From NCBI GenBank assembly GCA_951406725.2, contig OX597818.1:137454001-137518000 (forward strand): a stretch of 64,000 bases of DNA, given 5' to 3'. Positions 39,587 to 54,430 of this stretch are shown one piece after another. The notes beneath the pieces were generated by a model, which was not told the origin of the DNA, did no database searches, and worked only from the letters and a program-made list of their open reading frames with translations. Position numbers and translations under genes: made by a program. Each line of letters starts with the position of its first letter. Position 1 is the first letter of the stretch. The DNA is from Octopus vulgaris (Eukaryota).

Positions 39587-41289
39587 AACCACCACCACCA
39601 CCACCACCACCACTAGCAGCAGTATCACGAACACCACCCACCACTACAACTACCACCACCACCAACAACAGCACCAGCACCACCACCACTGCCACCGCTA
39701 CCACTAGCAGCAGTATCACGAACACCACCTACCACTACAACTACCACCACCAACAACAACACCAGCACCACCACCACCTACCACTAGCAGCAGTATCACG
39801 AACACCACCACTACAACTACAACTACCACCAACAACAACAACACCACCACCACCACCACTAGCAGCAGTATCACGAACACCACCCACCACTACAACTACC
39901 ACCACCAACAACAACAACACCACCACCACCACCACCACCACCACTAGCAGCAGTATCACGAACACCACCAGCCACTGCAACTACCAACAACAACAACAAC
40001 AACACCAGCACCACCACCACCACTGCCACCGCTACCACTAATACAACCACTGCTACCACCACCACCACCACCACCACCACCACCACAGCACCACCACTGC
40101 CGCCACCACCAGCATACCACCACCACCACAGCAGCAAATATCATTCCTATGGCGATAACCATCAACAGCATCATCACCTTCATCGCCATTAATTCCGCCA
40201 TTGAAGCCATCACTAGTGCAACCATCTCCAACACCGCTACCACAACCATCGCTCCCATCACCAGCATCAGCATCACTATCGCTGTTATCAAACCCAATCG
40301 CCGCATCACCACCATCACCCCCATCAACACCATCACCACCGTCACTACCATCACAATCACAAATACCTTTACCACTGATACCAGTATAAGACCTCCGTGA
40401 TGGCGGAGTGTATATCATTATACATACCACCATCAATGGTATGATCGTAACATTTTTTTTTTTTTGCAACGGTTACCATTACCATCCGCGAGCATCTCCT
40501 ACTACAACATGTTACATTATCATTACCAGCGTCTCTAACACCATCATCGTCACCATTTTCCATAGCAACAGCGATGCTACAAACTCAATCTCATCCCTAC
40601 CACCATCACTACCCCCTTCCCACCATGACCACCATCACCAACACCCACCAATACCACTTTCATCATCACCGACCACACCGACCACTTTCATCATCACCGA
40701 CCACAATCAGGGTCACCGCCGCCGCCACCGCCACCGCCACCACCAACTTAATCGTCGTCACCACCACCACCACCACCACCACCACCACCACCACCACCAC
40801 CACCACCACCACCACCACCACCACCACACCACCACCACCACCACCACCACCACCACCACCACCACCACCACCACCACCACCACCACCACAACCACTACCA
40901 CAACCACCACCACCACCACTACCACCACCACCACCACCACCACCACCACCACCACCAGATCCACCACCACCACCAGATCCACCAATCCACCAATACCAAC
41001 AGCCCTACAATCAACACTACTACACAAACACTCCAATCACACCACCAACACTACCACCACAATTACAAGTGCCAACACCACCATCAACGATACCACATCT
41101 ACCACTATAACCATCAGCACCACAGTCATAATAAACCTTCACCACCACCACCACCACCACTACAACTATAACCAATACCACCGCCATTAACGATATCACA
41201 ACCACGGCTTACAACCATCAACACCACAATAACCATCGCCAACGCCCACACCATATTCAACCATCACTACCACCACCGCCACTACTACT

Positions 41290-41320
<31 letters not shown>

Positions 41321-41478
41321 CCACCACTACAACAATAACCAATACCACCGCCATCAACACCACAATAACCATCGCCAACGCCCACACCATATTCAACCAT
41401 CACTACCACCACCACCGCCACTACTACTACCAGCACCAGCAGCAGCAGCACCACCACCACCACCACCACCACCACCAA
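39587..41478 (+). repeat. Compound (CAC/CAA/CAT)n region with higher-order repeats
   Basis: CCACTAGCAGCAGTATCACGAACACCACC occurs five times (39610-39970), a long (CAC)n lies at 40758-40975, and a ~160-bp duplication lies at 41170-41478. Confidence 0.9.
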
Positions 41479-41882
41479 AACCAGGCATTCTAGGAAATCC
41501 CTGCCTCAGGGCTGGAAAGAAACAAGCTCAAGTATAATTATATATCAACGTCTTATATTTATCCAAGAAGCTCCACTTCTCCATCAAGTGTAAATTCTTC
41601 AAGAGTGTCTCAGAAATTTTCTTACCATTTTTTTTTTCTTTTTTTCATTCTTCTCATATCTTAGATTTGTATTTTCTATAATATTACATTTTTGTCTTTT
41701 GATATTTACAGAACCGATTTAGTTTTAAGAGATTTCCTTATTCCATTCTCTGGGTTGTTATTCTCTTATCCATTTACTGTAGCATTTCATAAACTGTGGA
41801 ATAATCCTTCACTTCTCTTTTCACTACTTTCCTCTACTATTCGCTTAATGTGTCTATCTACCTTCATACATATCTATCAACA

Positions 41883-42117
41883 AAGGCGGCGAGCTGGCAG
41901 AAACGTTAGCACGCCGGGCGAAATGCGCAGCCGTATTTCGTCTGTCGTTACGCTGTGAGTTCAAATTCCGCCGAGGTCGACTTTGCCTTTCATCCTTTCG
42001 GGGTCGATAAATTAAGTACCAGTTACGCACTGGGGTCGTTGGAATCGACTTAATACCTATGTCTGTCCTTGTTTGTCCCATCTATGTTTAGCCCCTTGTG
42101 GGTAATAAAGAAATAGG
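41883..42117 (+). mobile_element. SINE family C, full length
   Basis: Head GGCGGCGAGCTGGCAGAA, B-box GAGTTCAAATTCC, central GAGGTCGACTTTGCCTTTCATCCTTTCGGGGTCG, end AAAGAAATAGG. Confidence 0.9.
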
Positions 42118-42389
42118 TTGTCAAGTGGTAGTTTGTCACACACACACACACAATCCGTATATACATTTTATATATAAAGGCTCCATCTTTAAATTTCTCT
42201 GCATCACCATTTGAAATGTAGCTTTGTTTTTCACCCTGTTAACATGTCTATTTGCTTCCATTGCAGCCGGCATATACATATACGATCGAATGTCAATCGT
42301 TCCAGAGGTATGCTGATCAAGTCACCGTCGATTATCAGAGAAGACCTAGCCTGGTTTTAAAGTGGGGCGATACACATGCTAATTAACAC

Positions 42390-42540
42390 ATACCTGGGAC
42401 CTAAACCGGTGCTATTACTCCGGGCCAGAGTAGACGTGGGAACAATAGCGATTAGAGTTGCTCCGCACTCCACAGTACCTTGGAACTCCCGCACCAAGGT
42501 ACGATTACCGTATGCAGTTTAAAGTCTTACCAGGACTTAC
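42390..42540 (-). mobile_element. Old SINE fragment resembling the cephalopod Ceph-type domain
   Basis: ACTCCGGGCCAGAGTAGACGTGGGAACAAT...GCAGTTTAAAGTCTTACCAGGAC. The resemblance is from memory and unverified. Confidence 0.4.
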
Positions 42541-42714
42541 GTTGATATTGGTGTCATGTCATCTTCAAGTCTTACCCAGGCTATCGTTGAGCTATGAGAG
42601 TTCATTAGGAAGAGAGTACTTCTTGAGAACCTCACAGCTGTTTCATAGGTTGTTGTTCTTTTCGCTTTTAATTGTTAAGCTTACATATATTTTCCTTTCT
42701 ATTCTCTTCGTTTT

Positions 42715-43458
42715 TTTTTTCTTGTTTCAGTCATTTCACTGTGGCCGTGGAGGCGCAATGGCCCAGTGGTTAGGGCAGCGGACTCGCGGTCATAGGATCG
42801 CGGTTTCGATTCCCAGACCGGGCGTTGTGAGTGTTTATTGAGCGAAAACACCTAAAGCTCCACGAGGCTCCGGCAGGGGATGGTGGTGATCCCTGCTGTA
42901 CTCTTTCACCACAACTTTCTCTCACTCTTACTTCCTGTTTCTGTTGTACCTGTATTTCAAAGGGCCGGCCTTGTCACTCTCTGTGTCACACTGAATCTCC
43001 CCGAGAACTACGTTAAGGGTACACGTGTCTGTGGAGAGCTCAGCCACTTATACGTTAATTTCACGAGCAGGCTGTTCCGTTGATTCGGATCAACCGGAAC
43101 CCTCGTCGTCGTAACCGACGGAGTGCTTTCAATCACTGTGGCCATGCTGGAGCGCCGCCTTAAATGGCTTTTTTTGATCGAAGAAATCGAACCCAGGACT
43201 TATTCTTTGTACTTATTCTATAGGTCTCTTTGATGTTGGTGTGAAAACACACCAACATCGGTTGCAAAGCGATGGTGGGGGAACAAAAAAACAAACACAC
43301 ACACATATATACACGAGCTTCTTTCAGTTTCCGTTTACCAAATCCGCTCAAAAGGCTTTGGTTGACCCGAGGGTATAGTCGAAGACGCTTGCCCAAGGGC
43401 CACGTAGTGAAACTGAATCCGGTACTATGTGGGTATGGAAGCAAGCTTCTTACTACAC

Positions 43459-43460
<2 letters not shown>
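42715..43460 (-). mobile_element. SINE family B interrupted by a family-A copy
   Basis: Family-B sequence resumes exactly after the TSD at 43143. Confidence 0.8.
42747..43132 (+). mobile_element. SINE family A, nested in family B
   Basis: TSD TCACTGTGGCC at 42736-42746 and 43133-43143. Confidence 0.92.
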
Positions 43461-43518
<58 letters not shown>

Positions 43519-43712
43519 GTATGTATATATATATATATGCATATATGTGTGTGTGTATATATATATATATGTATGCATGTATGTATATATGTATGTATGT
43601 ACGTATGTATGTATGTATGCATGTATGTATGTATGTATGTATGTAGAGGGATTTTGAAGTGATATACAAATATTGTATATTGAGAACAACATGGTAGTCA
43701 GAAAGTTGGATG

Positions 43713-43780
<68 letters not shown>

Positions 43781-44524
43781 CACATTTCTAGCGCTTTCTT
43801 CCGTTATCGGATTTATCAAAAAAGTGGTTTACATTTTAAGTTTGCTTCCTCTTTTTATATAAAATTGAAACTGATGATGTTTTAGAAAGGAAGGGAGAGA
43901 GAAATTAGAAAGGAAGGTGCGGGGATGAAAGGGGAAGAGAGAGAGAGGGAGATGGAGAAGATAGAAAAAAACTTAGGAGTGGTTTGTCAGGAAGAGAAAA
44001 GAAAGAAGAGAAATGTTTGAGAATGAGGGGTGGTTAAGTAGGCGTGGATTTTGTATCAGTGTGGTCAGACTTGTTTGGTTAGAATTCAATACGTTGTTGT
44101 TTTTTTTTCCAGGTAGTAATCTTTTGGATGGGGTAGAAAGCCAGTTTTTCTATTCAAGTGATCAAAGTTTTTAATTGGTAAACCAGATGCTGTTTTTGAT
44201 TTTCTCCAGCAAGAAATATAATTACATTTCAAGGTCTTGTCTTTAGCTTTCATTTATGGAAAGTTAAGAGAATGGTTGTGTGGATGTGGTCAAATTTTTT
44301 TGATTAAAATACCTGGTGTCGTTTTTTAATTAGCCGTGTATGACTGTTTTTGAGAGAGTGATTTTAAAGTAAGTAACCCTTCCACAAAATTTAGGCCAAA
44401 ATTTTAGTGCCAAAATTTGAAATCGATATACTAAGGTACCCGACTGGTTTGATCTTGTTACCTCAAATCGATGATTCAATGAAAAGCGGCCTAAAAAGCG
44501 GCGTGTACTAGTTAGAATAACTGG

Positions 44525-45228
44525 TACTCCGTCGGTTACGACGACGAGGCTTTTACTTGATCTGATTAACGGTACAGCCTGCTCGTGAAATTAACATGCA
44601 AGTGGGTGAGAGCTCCATAGACACGCTTACCCTTAACGTGTGGAGGCGCAATGGCCCAGTGGTTAGGGCAGCGGACTCGCGGTCATAGGATCACGGTTTC
44701 GATTACCAGACCTGGCGTTGTGAGTGTTTATTGAGCGAAAACACCTAAAAAGCTCCACGAGGCTCCGGCAGGGGATGGTGGTGATCCCTGCTGTACTCTT
44801 TCACCACAACTTTCTCTCACTCTTACTTCCTGTTTCTGTTGTACCTGTATTTCAAGGGCCGGCCTTGTCACTCTCTGTGTCACGCTGAATATCCCCGAGA
44901 ACTACGTTAAGGGTACACGTGTCTGTGGAGTGCTCAGCCACTTACACGTTAATTTCACGAGCAGGCTGTTCCGTTGATTCGGATCCACCGGAACCGTCGT
45001 CGTCGTAACCGACGGAGTGCTTCCATACCCTTAGCGCAGTTCTCAGGAAGAGTCAACTTGACATAAAATGTGACAAGGCCAGACCTTTGAAATACAGGAA
45101 CTACTCACTTTTGCCAGTTGAGAAGACTGTAGCAACTTGAAATAAAGTGTCTTGCTGAAGGACACAGTTCGCCGATAAGAATCGAACTCACGATCATGAG
45201 CCGAATACACTAACCACTAAGCCACGTC
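44525..45228 (-). mobile_element. Older family-E CORE SINE interrupted by family A
   Basis: 3' part at 44525-44639. 5' part at 45026-45228 carries the CORE-like segment and tRNA head. Confidence 0.8.
44640..45025 (+). mobile_element. SINE family A, nested antisense in family E
   Basis: TSD TACCCTTA(A/G)CG at 44628-44638 and 45026-45036. Confidence 0.9.
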
Positions 45229-45422
45229 TTTCATTAGTCTGAATTATATGTGTACAAATGGAAATCTGTTTCTTTTCTTAAATTTCAGTTCTATTTTCTA
45301 AGAAAAGTTATATGCTAAGGCTACTGCTTTGGCTGCAACTGCTGCTGATGACCTACACCTGCTGCTGCAGTCGTTGCCACCAACATACGAGTCTAATCAC
45401 CACCACCACCACCACCACCACC

Positions 45423-45475
<53 letters not shown>

Positions 45476-45720
45476 AGTTACTTCATGTCTGTCTGTTGCT
45501 GGTTGTAATTAATTTCGCGACATCGTGACAGCTTCTCTAAAGAATTAAAACATCTCCTTAAGGGCCATTTGTTTCAATTACAGACAGAGTTGATAAGAGG
45601 AAATCTGCAGCGAAATTGAGATGAATAGAAAGAAGAAAGTGAGAGAGAGAGAGAGGGCGGAAGAGTGAGCAATTTAAAAGAATCTGAAAGACAAGATAAG
45701 GAGAGAAAAGGGAAAGAATA

Positions 45721-45763
<43 letters not shown>

Positions 45764-47070
45764 ATGTGATTTAGAAATAAAATATGGAGACTAGAGAAAG
45801 TAGAGCGCTTGAAAGAGGAGTAAAATATTTTTTAAGGAGAACATTTTCATTGCGATGTCACAATGTACACAAAGAGATTTTTGTGCAACAAAACAACCCT
45901 CCAATCAAAGCAAAAAAAAAACACAACGGAAAGACAGGAGTGGAAATATTACACACAAAGAGGAATGGAATACCAGATGGACACGGGTTGCATGTCTGTG
46001 GTGATAAATCGCTAATTAAAATAATTTTTATTTTTAATTTTTACCTTTGTTGTCTTTTTAGTAAAAGCATGTCTCAGCTTTGTTGTTAATAGTTCAAAAT
46101 ACCGCAAGATATTCACTGCCGATCGCCATTTTATTTCGATCTCATTTTGAAAATTAAAATGCACGTTGGATATTTGAAAAGCGCTATCATTATCACACAT
46201 TCTCTCCTACTCTCTTTCATTCTTCTCTCTCTCTCTCTCTCTCTCACTCTCACTCTCTTTGTTCTCTCACCCTGCCTCTCTGTTAAAATATATTTTCTTC
46301 TACTCACACGCTGAGATTACGCAAACAGCAGTGTACATGTTCTATTAGACGTTATGAACACAGTGAAAGGGACACGCAGGAATCCGAAGTGACATGACAT
46401 GATGGAAAATGACGCATATAGAAATGCATGTATACCGATATGCGATGATACACTAATTACACTCGCACACACAGAGACACACAGCTATAAAGGCACACAC
46501 AAAATATAGCATCGTATACAAGTAACCTGAAGCTCATTTACATACAAACAAACGTATATACATTCACACATAGCAGTTCAATAGGCGCACACACACCCGT
46601 CACAAACGTATTCATTGATACGAATAACCCTCTTTTAAACACACATATATCAAGCAAATTCGCATTCGTACACATGGGGACACACGTATAAACATGTGAA
46701 CACCCATATAACATATAAACAAAGAAAATAAGTTCACTAACGCACAAACAAAACTACGCAATCACGCATTCTTTGTCCGCGAAAGAATGGTTTCTTTCAC
46801 GACAATATCATATCTGAATGAAATATGTTACGCAATAAACAGAAATAAAATTCCTGAGAATCTTCGATAAAATGAGATCAAGTTGATTGAATCGAAAATA
46901 ATTCCCTCCGAAAATAATAAAAACAACAACCAACACACAAAAGGTTAATTAAAATCACGATTTAAAGATTATTCAGGGTCAGAGAGGCAGGTGACCTGAT
47001 CTTACAGAAGGGTCGCTTTGTGAACACATAATTCATTCTAACTATTACGGTTAATATTAATGTAATATTT

Positions 47071-47750
47071 AAGGCGGCGAGCTGGTAGAATCATCAACGC
47101 ACCGTGAGGAATGCTTAAACAGAATTTCTTTAGTCTCTGCATTTTGAGTTCAATTTCCACCGAGGTCGACTTGCAATTTTATTCTTTCAGGGTCGATAAA
47201 TCGAGTACCAGTTGGACATTTGGGTCGATGAAATCGATTTACCTTCTCCACGAAATTGCTGGCCTTGACAATATTAAGGCAGCGAACTGGCAGAATCGTT
47301 AGCACGCCGAGCGAAATGCTTACCGATATTTCGTCTGCCGTTACGTTGTGAGTTCAAATTCCGCCGAGGTCGACTTTGCCTTTCATCCTTTCGGGGTCGA
47401 TAAATTAAGTACCAGTTACGCACTGGGGTCGATGTAATAGACTTAATCCGCCTGTCTTTGTTTGTCTCCTCTGTGTTTAGCCCCTTGTGGGTACTAAAGA
47501 AATAGGTATTTTATCAGTCTTTATGTTCTGAGTTCAAATTCCGCCGAGATCGACTTTGCCTTTCATCCTTTCGGGGTCGATAAATTAAGTACCTGTTACG
47601 GACTGGGGTCGATATAATCGACTTAATCCGTCTGTCTTTGTTTGTCTCCTCTGTGTTTAGCCCCTTGTGGGTACTAAAGAAATAGGTATTTTATCAGTCT
47701 TTACGTTCTGAGTTCAAATTCTGCCGAGATCGACTTTACCTTTCATCATT
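47071..47750 (+). mobile_element. SINE family C cluster: diverged copy, full copy and 180-bp tandem extensions
   Basis: Heads at 47071 and 47276. Junctions AAAGAAATAGG|TATTT at 47506 and 47686. Confidence 0.88.
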
Positions 47751-48191
47751 TTTGGTGTACCATTGAGCATTTTCCAAAGTGACTGGCTTTGGAATTAATT
47801 AATGTAATATGAAGGAGTCAAACGAAAGTTATTCCCGTGGAACAGTCCATAAAAAACACTGCAATATTTAGCTCGAAAGATAGCGTTATGACTTCAAAGC
47901 TGGTCGTAGCTGATCTGATTTGTGTCTCAATGTTTGGAGACACATGTTGTATATTACGATCAATTCTATCCGTTGTCATGAAATAACTGATGTTGTGTCT
48001 ATATCTTTCTAATATTATTTTAATAATAACCTATGCATACTTATATTAGTTGTTAATCAATTAATTCTACTTAAACTTCCTGAAGCACACATTCAACCAC
48101 ATACGTGTGTATATATAATGAGAATAGTATAGTATACATACATATATATATATACATAATAGACATATTTGCGTGTATGAATATATGTAAA

Positions 48192-48587
48192 TCTTTATAT
48201 ATAAAAGTGAAGTTGTGTGTCTGTCTCCTACGATTTAGACTCCTAACTACTCCCACATTTTGCGGTGCAGTTTAACCAAAACCGGGTATCTTATAGTCGT
48301 GATTCATATCGAGCCCTTCTGGGTATTAGCGCGCGTCTACGATGAGTCTACGATTTAAAAAAAAATTACCATCATTTTTTTCCATTTTAATGCATTTTTT
48401 CGCTATTATATAAGGGAAGTAACTCTCTAAAAATGTCTACGATGAGTCAACGATTTTTAAAAAAAAATTACCATAATTTTTTTTTCCATTTTTAATGCAT
48501 TTTTTTGCTATTTTTTGGCTATAACTCTCTAAAAATGCTTATGTAGTTATTTCCCTTACAAACCCGAGCAACGCCGGGCGATACTGT
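48192..48587 (+). mobile_element. Non-autonomous Helitron (family of 11913-12212) with an internal ~100-bp duplication
   Basis: A|TCTTTATATATAAAAG start and CCCGAGCAACGCCGGG hairpin. Terminal CTAG is lost. Confidence 0.85.
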
Positions 48588-48771
48588 ATATAAAGGAGGT
48601 TAACTAAAATAAAAGTAGAAATATAAATATATAACATACTTCTGAGTACATCTAGCGTACCATCCTGATTTACAAAACGCCTTTCGGTAATGTTGTGCGG
48701 GGCAGTGTGTGATTGTGTGTGTGTTTATGATGTGTTGATCTATGTACGCATGTATGAATATATTTGTATGT

Positions 48772-48812
<41 letters not shown>

Positions 48813-49281
48813 TGTGTGTGTACTATATATATGTATGTATGCGCGCAAAGAGAGAGAGACTCAGAGAGATAGAAACGGAGAGAGACAGCTAGAGAAAGAC
48901 AAGATGACTCACTGACAGACAGACAGATCTATGTATCATTCTTAATGTATACACATTGCCATAATCCAGTTACTACAAGTATTTGACTGAGACAGCATTA
49001 TGAACTTGCAATGTTAAAAACTGTAAATATCAGAATGCAGACGAAAAATCATCCCAGCAGCAGTCAACGAGAACTATAGGTACATTTCATTATCATACAA
49101 TCATAAGTCTGATGACTATTTTAATTAAATAGTGTCTCAGTTGCATGCACTGGAGTATGTACCTACGTATGTATGTATGTATGTATGTATGTATGTATGT
49201 ATGTATGTATGTATGTATGTATGTATGTATGTATGCATGAATGCATGCATATATGTATATATATATGTATGTATGTATGTG

Positions 49282-49950
49282 GTGTCAGGTCACTTTCGAG
49301 TGCTACTGGCAACATGTAACCCAGTACAACCTGTTGCATGTTTGGGTCGTCGGCGACTAAACAGGCAACCCCATCAAGCTTGCTTGGTGAGGATGGTGTT
49401 TATTAACACTCTGCGGGATGAAAAACAAAACCCTTCAAGGGGTGGAGGAACTCTTGAGAGTCAACGGCCATCCAATAAATGTGCAGTTTTTTTTCTTAAG
49501 GCTTAAGGCTGTATCATGCGCGGGGACATAGAAATAATCGGACTGAATACCCGATCGCGCGGTTAAACAATTGGGAGTGAAGGACTCCTAGCCTTTGTTA
49601 GGGCATCCTTCTAGGAGAAGGTAACTCAGGTAACTCGGATAGCTCCGACATAAAACCTGCGGCTCAGTGGTTACCGATGATGTTGACTTGTTTTTCTTTT
49701 CGGATTATGACTGTTGTTGCTTAGTGAGTGGGATTGACTCAGTGCACAGCCTTTCCTCAGTTTAAAAATATCTTCTTGCACAGGCATTGCTCGATTACAA
49801 CATTGTTCATGATTGTTGAAGGTGATGTGAGTCTCAAATGAATGGCTGGCTGTAGCCTTAAGAAGCAAATAAAAGTCACATTCGATCACAGCACCAATAA
49901 CAGTTAAGTTACGTGCAATGGCCATACTCGATAACGAGGGGGCAGCCATC
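49282..49950 (+). mobile_element. Probable RTE-LINE 5' UTR fragment in (TATG)n
   Basis: GGCATCCTTCTAGGAGAAGGTAACTC...AAACC resembles RTE 5' UTR motifs. The block is GC-richer and bounded by microsatellite. Confidence 0.4.
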
Positions 49951-50139
49951 ATGTATGTATGTATGTATGTATGTATGTATGTATGTATGAGACTTCTATT
50001 TTTTTTAAATTATTATAAATCTTCCAGTGGAGGGAGTCGGTATCGAACAAAGATACAAGGCTCGCATATTTTTACTCTGCCATGTATGTGTGTATGCATG
50101 CATGCATGTATGTATGTATGTATGTATGTATGTATGTAT

Positions 50140-50593
50140 GTATGTATGTATGTATGTATGTATGTATGTATGTATGTATGTATGTTCTTATTCAGTTTTA
50201 TTTCAAGATTTCTTGCCAATAGAGAAAGAACTGGTTTCTAACCTAGATCCAAGCCGCCTTCATTGGAATTTCAACATCAACAACAGGGTATGTATGTATG
50301 TATGTATGAATGTATGTATGTATGTATGTATGTATGTATGTATGTATGTATGTATGTATGTATGTATCTATGTATGTATAAATATTTGTTTGTATGTATG
50401 TGCAGAGTTGTATATTTTATGTATGTATTCCCATGCATACAGTTGTACATCTATACATACTCATACATATTAAAATGACAAAATTCTGGAAAGTTTTGCA
50501 GATTTTTACAGTTCTAGTGACAGATTGAATATGTAGTCTTCGAATTAGCTTTCTTCGTATGTATGTATGTATGTATGTATGTATGTATGTATG

Positions 50594-50625
<32 letters not shown>

Positions 50626-50990
50626 CCATTATTCAGTTTTATTTCAAGATTTCTTGTCAATAGAGAAAGAGACGGTTTCTAACCTAGATTTAAGGCCCCA
50701 TCATTGGAATTTCAACATCAATAGGATATGTATGTATGTATATATGTATGTATGCATGTATGTATGTATGTATGTATGTATGTATGTATGTATGTATGCA
50801 TGTATGTATGTATGTATGTATGTATGTATGTATGTATGTATGCATGCATGCATGTATGTATATATGTTTTGTTTTATGTATGCATTCTCATGCTCATATA
50901 TACGTACATGATAAACTCCTGGAAAAGTTTACAGAGTTTTACAGTTCCAGTGAGGGCTGGATTCGTAGTCTTCGTATCAGCTTTCTCTTT
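50140..50990 (+). repeat. Diverged two-copy tandem unit (~440 bp) interleaved with (TATG)n
   Basis: TTATTCAGTTTTATTTCAAGATTTCTTG...CAACATCAA at ~50188 and ~50629. A second shared block lies at ~50475 and ~50908. Confidence 0.75.
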
Positions 50991-51090
50991 TCTGGTTGTG
51001 AAAAGCCTAATTTCTCAAGATTGATATATAGGCAGGGTGTTACATATCCCAGAGTCCCAATAATTACAGGCATATATGCATGCATATATA

Positions 51091-51123
<33 letters not shown>

Positions 51124-51202
51124 AAGAGAGCGAGAGAGAGAGAGAGTAATGTTGATATGTGGGCCAGTGTGTCATTGTGTGTGGGTATGCCTAAATGTAT
51201 GA

Positions 51203-51587
51203 GTGGAGCCGCAATGGCCCAGTGGTTAGCGCAGCGGACTCGCGGTCATAGGATCGCGGTTTCGATTCCCAGACCGGGCGTTGTGAGTGTTTATTGAGCG
51301 AAAACACCTAAAAGCTCCACGAGGCTCCGGCAGGGGATGGTGGTGGTCCCTGCTGTACTCTTTCACCACAACTTTCTCTCACTCTTACTTCCTGTTTCTG
51401 TTGTAACTGTACTTCAAAGGACCGGCTTTGTCACTCTCTGTGTCACGCTGAATATCCCCGAGAACTACGTTAAGGGTACATGTGTCTGTGGAGTACTCAG
51501 CCACTTACACGTTAATTTCACGAGCAGGCTGTTCCGCTGATTCGGATCAACCGGAACCCTCATCGTCGTAACCGACGGAGTGCTTCC
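51203..51587 (+). mobile_element. SINE family A, full length
   Basis: TSD AAATGTATG at 51193-51201 and 51588-51596. Confidence 0.9.
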
Positions 51588-51970
51588 AAATGTATGTTAG
51601 TATGCATCACTTCCCCCCTTGCCCTCTTCTGTTTACACTGTATGGTTTTTCACCTACTTCTCTTTTGCTATACCACATTGCTTACCCATAAGATGCAGGA
51701 CTGTAGTACATAAGATCATAAAACACACCATTTATTGTATTTCGTTTGTTGCTCATACGCTGTAAGACTGTTAATCACTTTGCAACAGCCACGTCAATCA
51801 GATTAAGAAACCGCATTCGGGTTGCAGAAACCAGCGTATGTTATATAAAGCTTAAAAAAAGAACTATATCGTTTTTTGAGTTTATTGGTAAATACAACAC
51901 ACGTACCACACTTACGTAGGCACGCACGCACTCGCAGACGTACACTCACACAAACACATGATTACTCTCC

Positions 51971-52017
<47 letters not shown>

Positions 52018-52475
52018 ACGTTGGCACGCACGCACTCGCACACGTACACTCACACAAACACATGATTACTCTCTTTCACACACACACTCACGCACACACA
52101 CACACATATTTCAATATTCTATTCTGTTCCTTAGACATACTACTATGTGCAGTTGATTTTGCGTTAAGTATAAATGTATCTCTCTGGTACTTAGGAACAA
52201 CACGGATATCTAGATAATTTCATAGATAGAACTAAGAACAAATATACAGTGAACCGAAAGTCATTGGTACATCCACTGTACCTATTCATGTATTTGATTA
52301 GCAATTGGCGTTGCAGACAAATTCTTCGGACACTTAATGGTTTTCCTGGTAAAATGCCTTTAAAGCATTTAGAATTAGCTGTCCGAAAATAGAGATTTCA
52401 TGTTCATACTTTCTCCTTAAAGAACCAGTAGTTCCTCGAAATTAAAAATGGTTCTTGCGGAAGAGACTTTGGCCA

Positions 52476-53170
52476 ATACATACATGCATACATACATACA
52501 TACATACATACATACATACATACATACATACATACGTACGTACATACATACATACATACGTACATACATACATGCATACATACATACATACATACATACA
52601 TACATGCATACATACAAACGTACATACATACATACATACATACATACATACATACATACATACGTACATACATGCATACATACATACATACATACATACA
52701 TACATACATACATACATACGCACATACATACATACATACATACAAACGTACATACATACATACATACATACATACATACGTACGTACATACATACATACA
52801 TACAAACTTACATACATACATACGTACATACATACATACGTACATACATACATACATACATACATACATGCATACATACATACATACGTACATACGTACA
52901 TACATACATACATACGTACATACATACATACATACAAACGTACATACATACATACATACATACATACATACATACAAACGTACATACATACATACAAACG
53001 TACATACATACATACATACATACATACATACATACATACATACATACATACATACACATACATACATACATACGTACATACATACATACGTACATACATA
53101 CATACATACATACATACATACATACATACATACATACATACATACATACATACATACGCATACACACACA
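52476..53170 (+). repeat. Long imperfect (TACA)n microsatellite
   Basis: ~700 bp of TACA with TACG, TGCA and AACG variants. Confidence 0.95.
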
Positions 53171-53748
53171 TATGCTCACACACATATACATATATAGCAT
53201 TTGAATATTCAAGGGTTTCTTTGTCTAGACGGTTTTGTCCGGCGCTGAAGCTTCACAACCAACCAACCAGTCAAGAATCTTCCGAAGCTATCAAGAATCT
53301 TCCGAAGCTCTCAAGTTTGCTTCAGCACAAAAATAACTATTTTTCCCGCTGGTCTAGACTAGTAACCGTGGCTCTCCACTCATTTCCAAGAGTTTTCGCT
53401 TTGGGTGAATTCCAGTGACACAGCCAAACAACGTATAACAAAATAAAATATAATTAGTCACAGAACACGATACGTTTAAAGGTTTCTTCAGTTCTTCGTG
53501 GATTATTCTACAGCAGAAGTTTGACTAAATAGCCGCAGACAATGATCCACAAATAGACAGTTCTAGCGCTTCAAAGTAAACTACACACAGGTTACATCCA
53601 AAAATTACAAAAAAAAAACCCCAATAATAAAACAAAGCAATAACTAATTTTACTAAATGCAAATACTTAAAAACCTAAATATTATAGATATTGGATTGGT
53701 CATATTCCTCTTCCGACGTTACTTCAAAGTTGAAATAATGTTTGGAAT

Positions 53749-54142
53749 GGATGGAATGGAAGCACTCCGTCGGTTCCGACGACGAGGGTTCCGGTTGATC
53801 CGAATCAACGGAACAGCCTGCTCGTGAAATTAACGCGTAAGTGGCTGAGCACTCCACAGACACGTGTACCCTTAACGTAGTTCTCGGGGATATTCAGCGT
53901 GACACAGAGAGTGACAAGGCCGGCCCTTTTGAAATACAGGTACAACAGAAGCAGGAAGTAAGAGTGAGAGAAAGTTGTGGTGAAAGAGTACAGCAGGGAT
54001 CACCACCATCCCCTGCCGGAGCCTCGTGGTGCTTTAGGTGTTTTCGCTCAATAAACACTCACAACGCCCGGTCTGGGAATCGAAACCGCGATCCTGTGAC
54101 CGCGAGTCCGCTGCCCTAACCACTGGGCCATTGCGCCTCCAC
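53749..54142 (-). mobile_element. SINE family A with a short (TTCCA)-type tail
   Basis: TSD AATGTTTGGAAT at 53737-53748 and 54144-54155. Confidence 0.92.
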
Positions 54143-54430
54143 GAATGTTTGGAATAGACTTAGAAGAGAAACAATTTGACATCGATTATTGTTATTACGA
54201 AACAGGTAGAATCGTTAGCAAGACGGGCAAAATGCTTTACAGCATTTCATCCGTTTTTACTTTCCAAGATCAAATTCCGCCGAGGTCGACTTCACTATTC
54301 ATCCTTTCGGAATCAAGAAAATAAGCACCAGTTGAGCACAAGGGTCGACGTAAATTCCCTTAACCCCATCCCCAAAATTGCTGGCGTTGTGCCGAAATTA
54401 GAAAACATTGTTGCTGTTATTATTATTATT

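Noticed and set aside
39469-41190. Mucin-like or Pro/His-rich protein
   Set aside because: Open in multiple frames on both strands because of CAC-type repeats, and no splice or start context was found.
43850-44370. Possible Penelope GIY-YIG coding remnant on minus
   Set aside because: Too degenerate to read diagnostic motifs.
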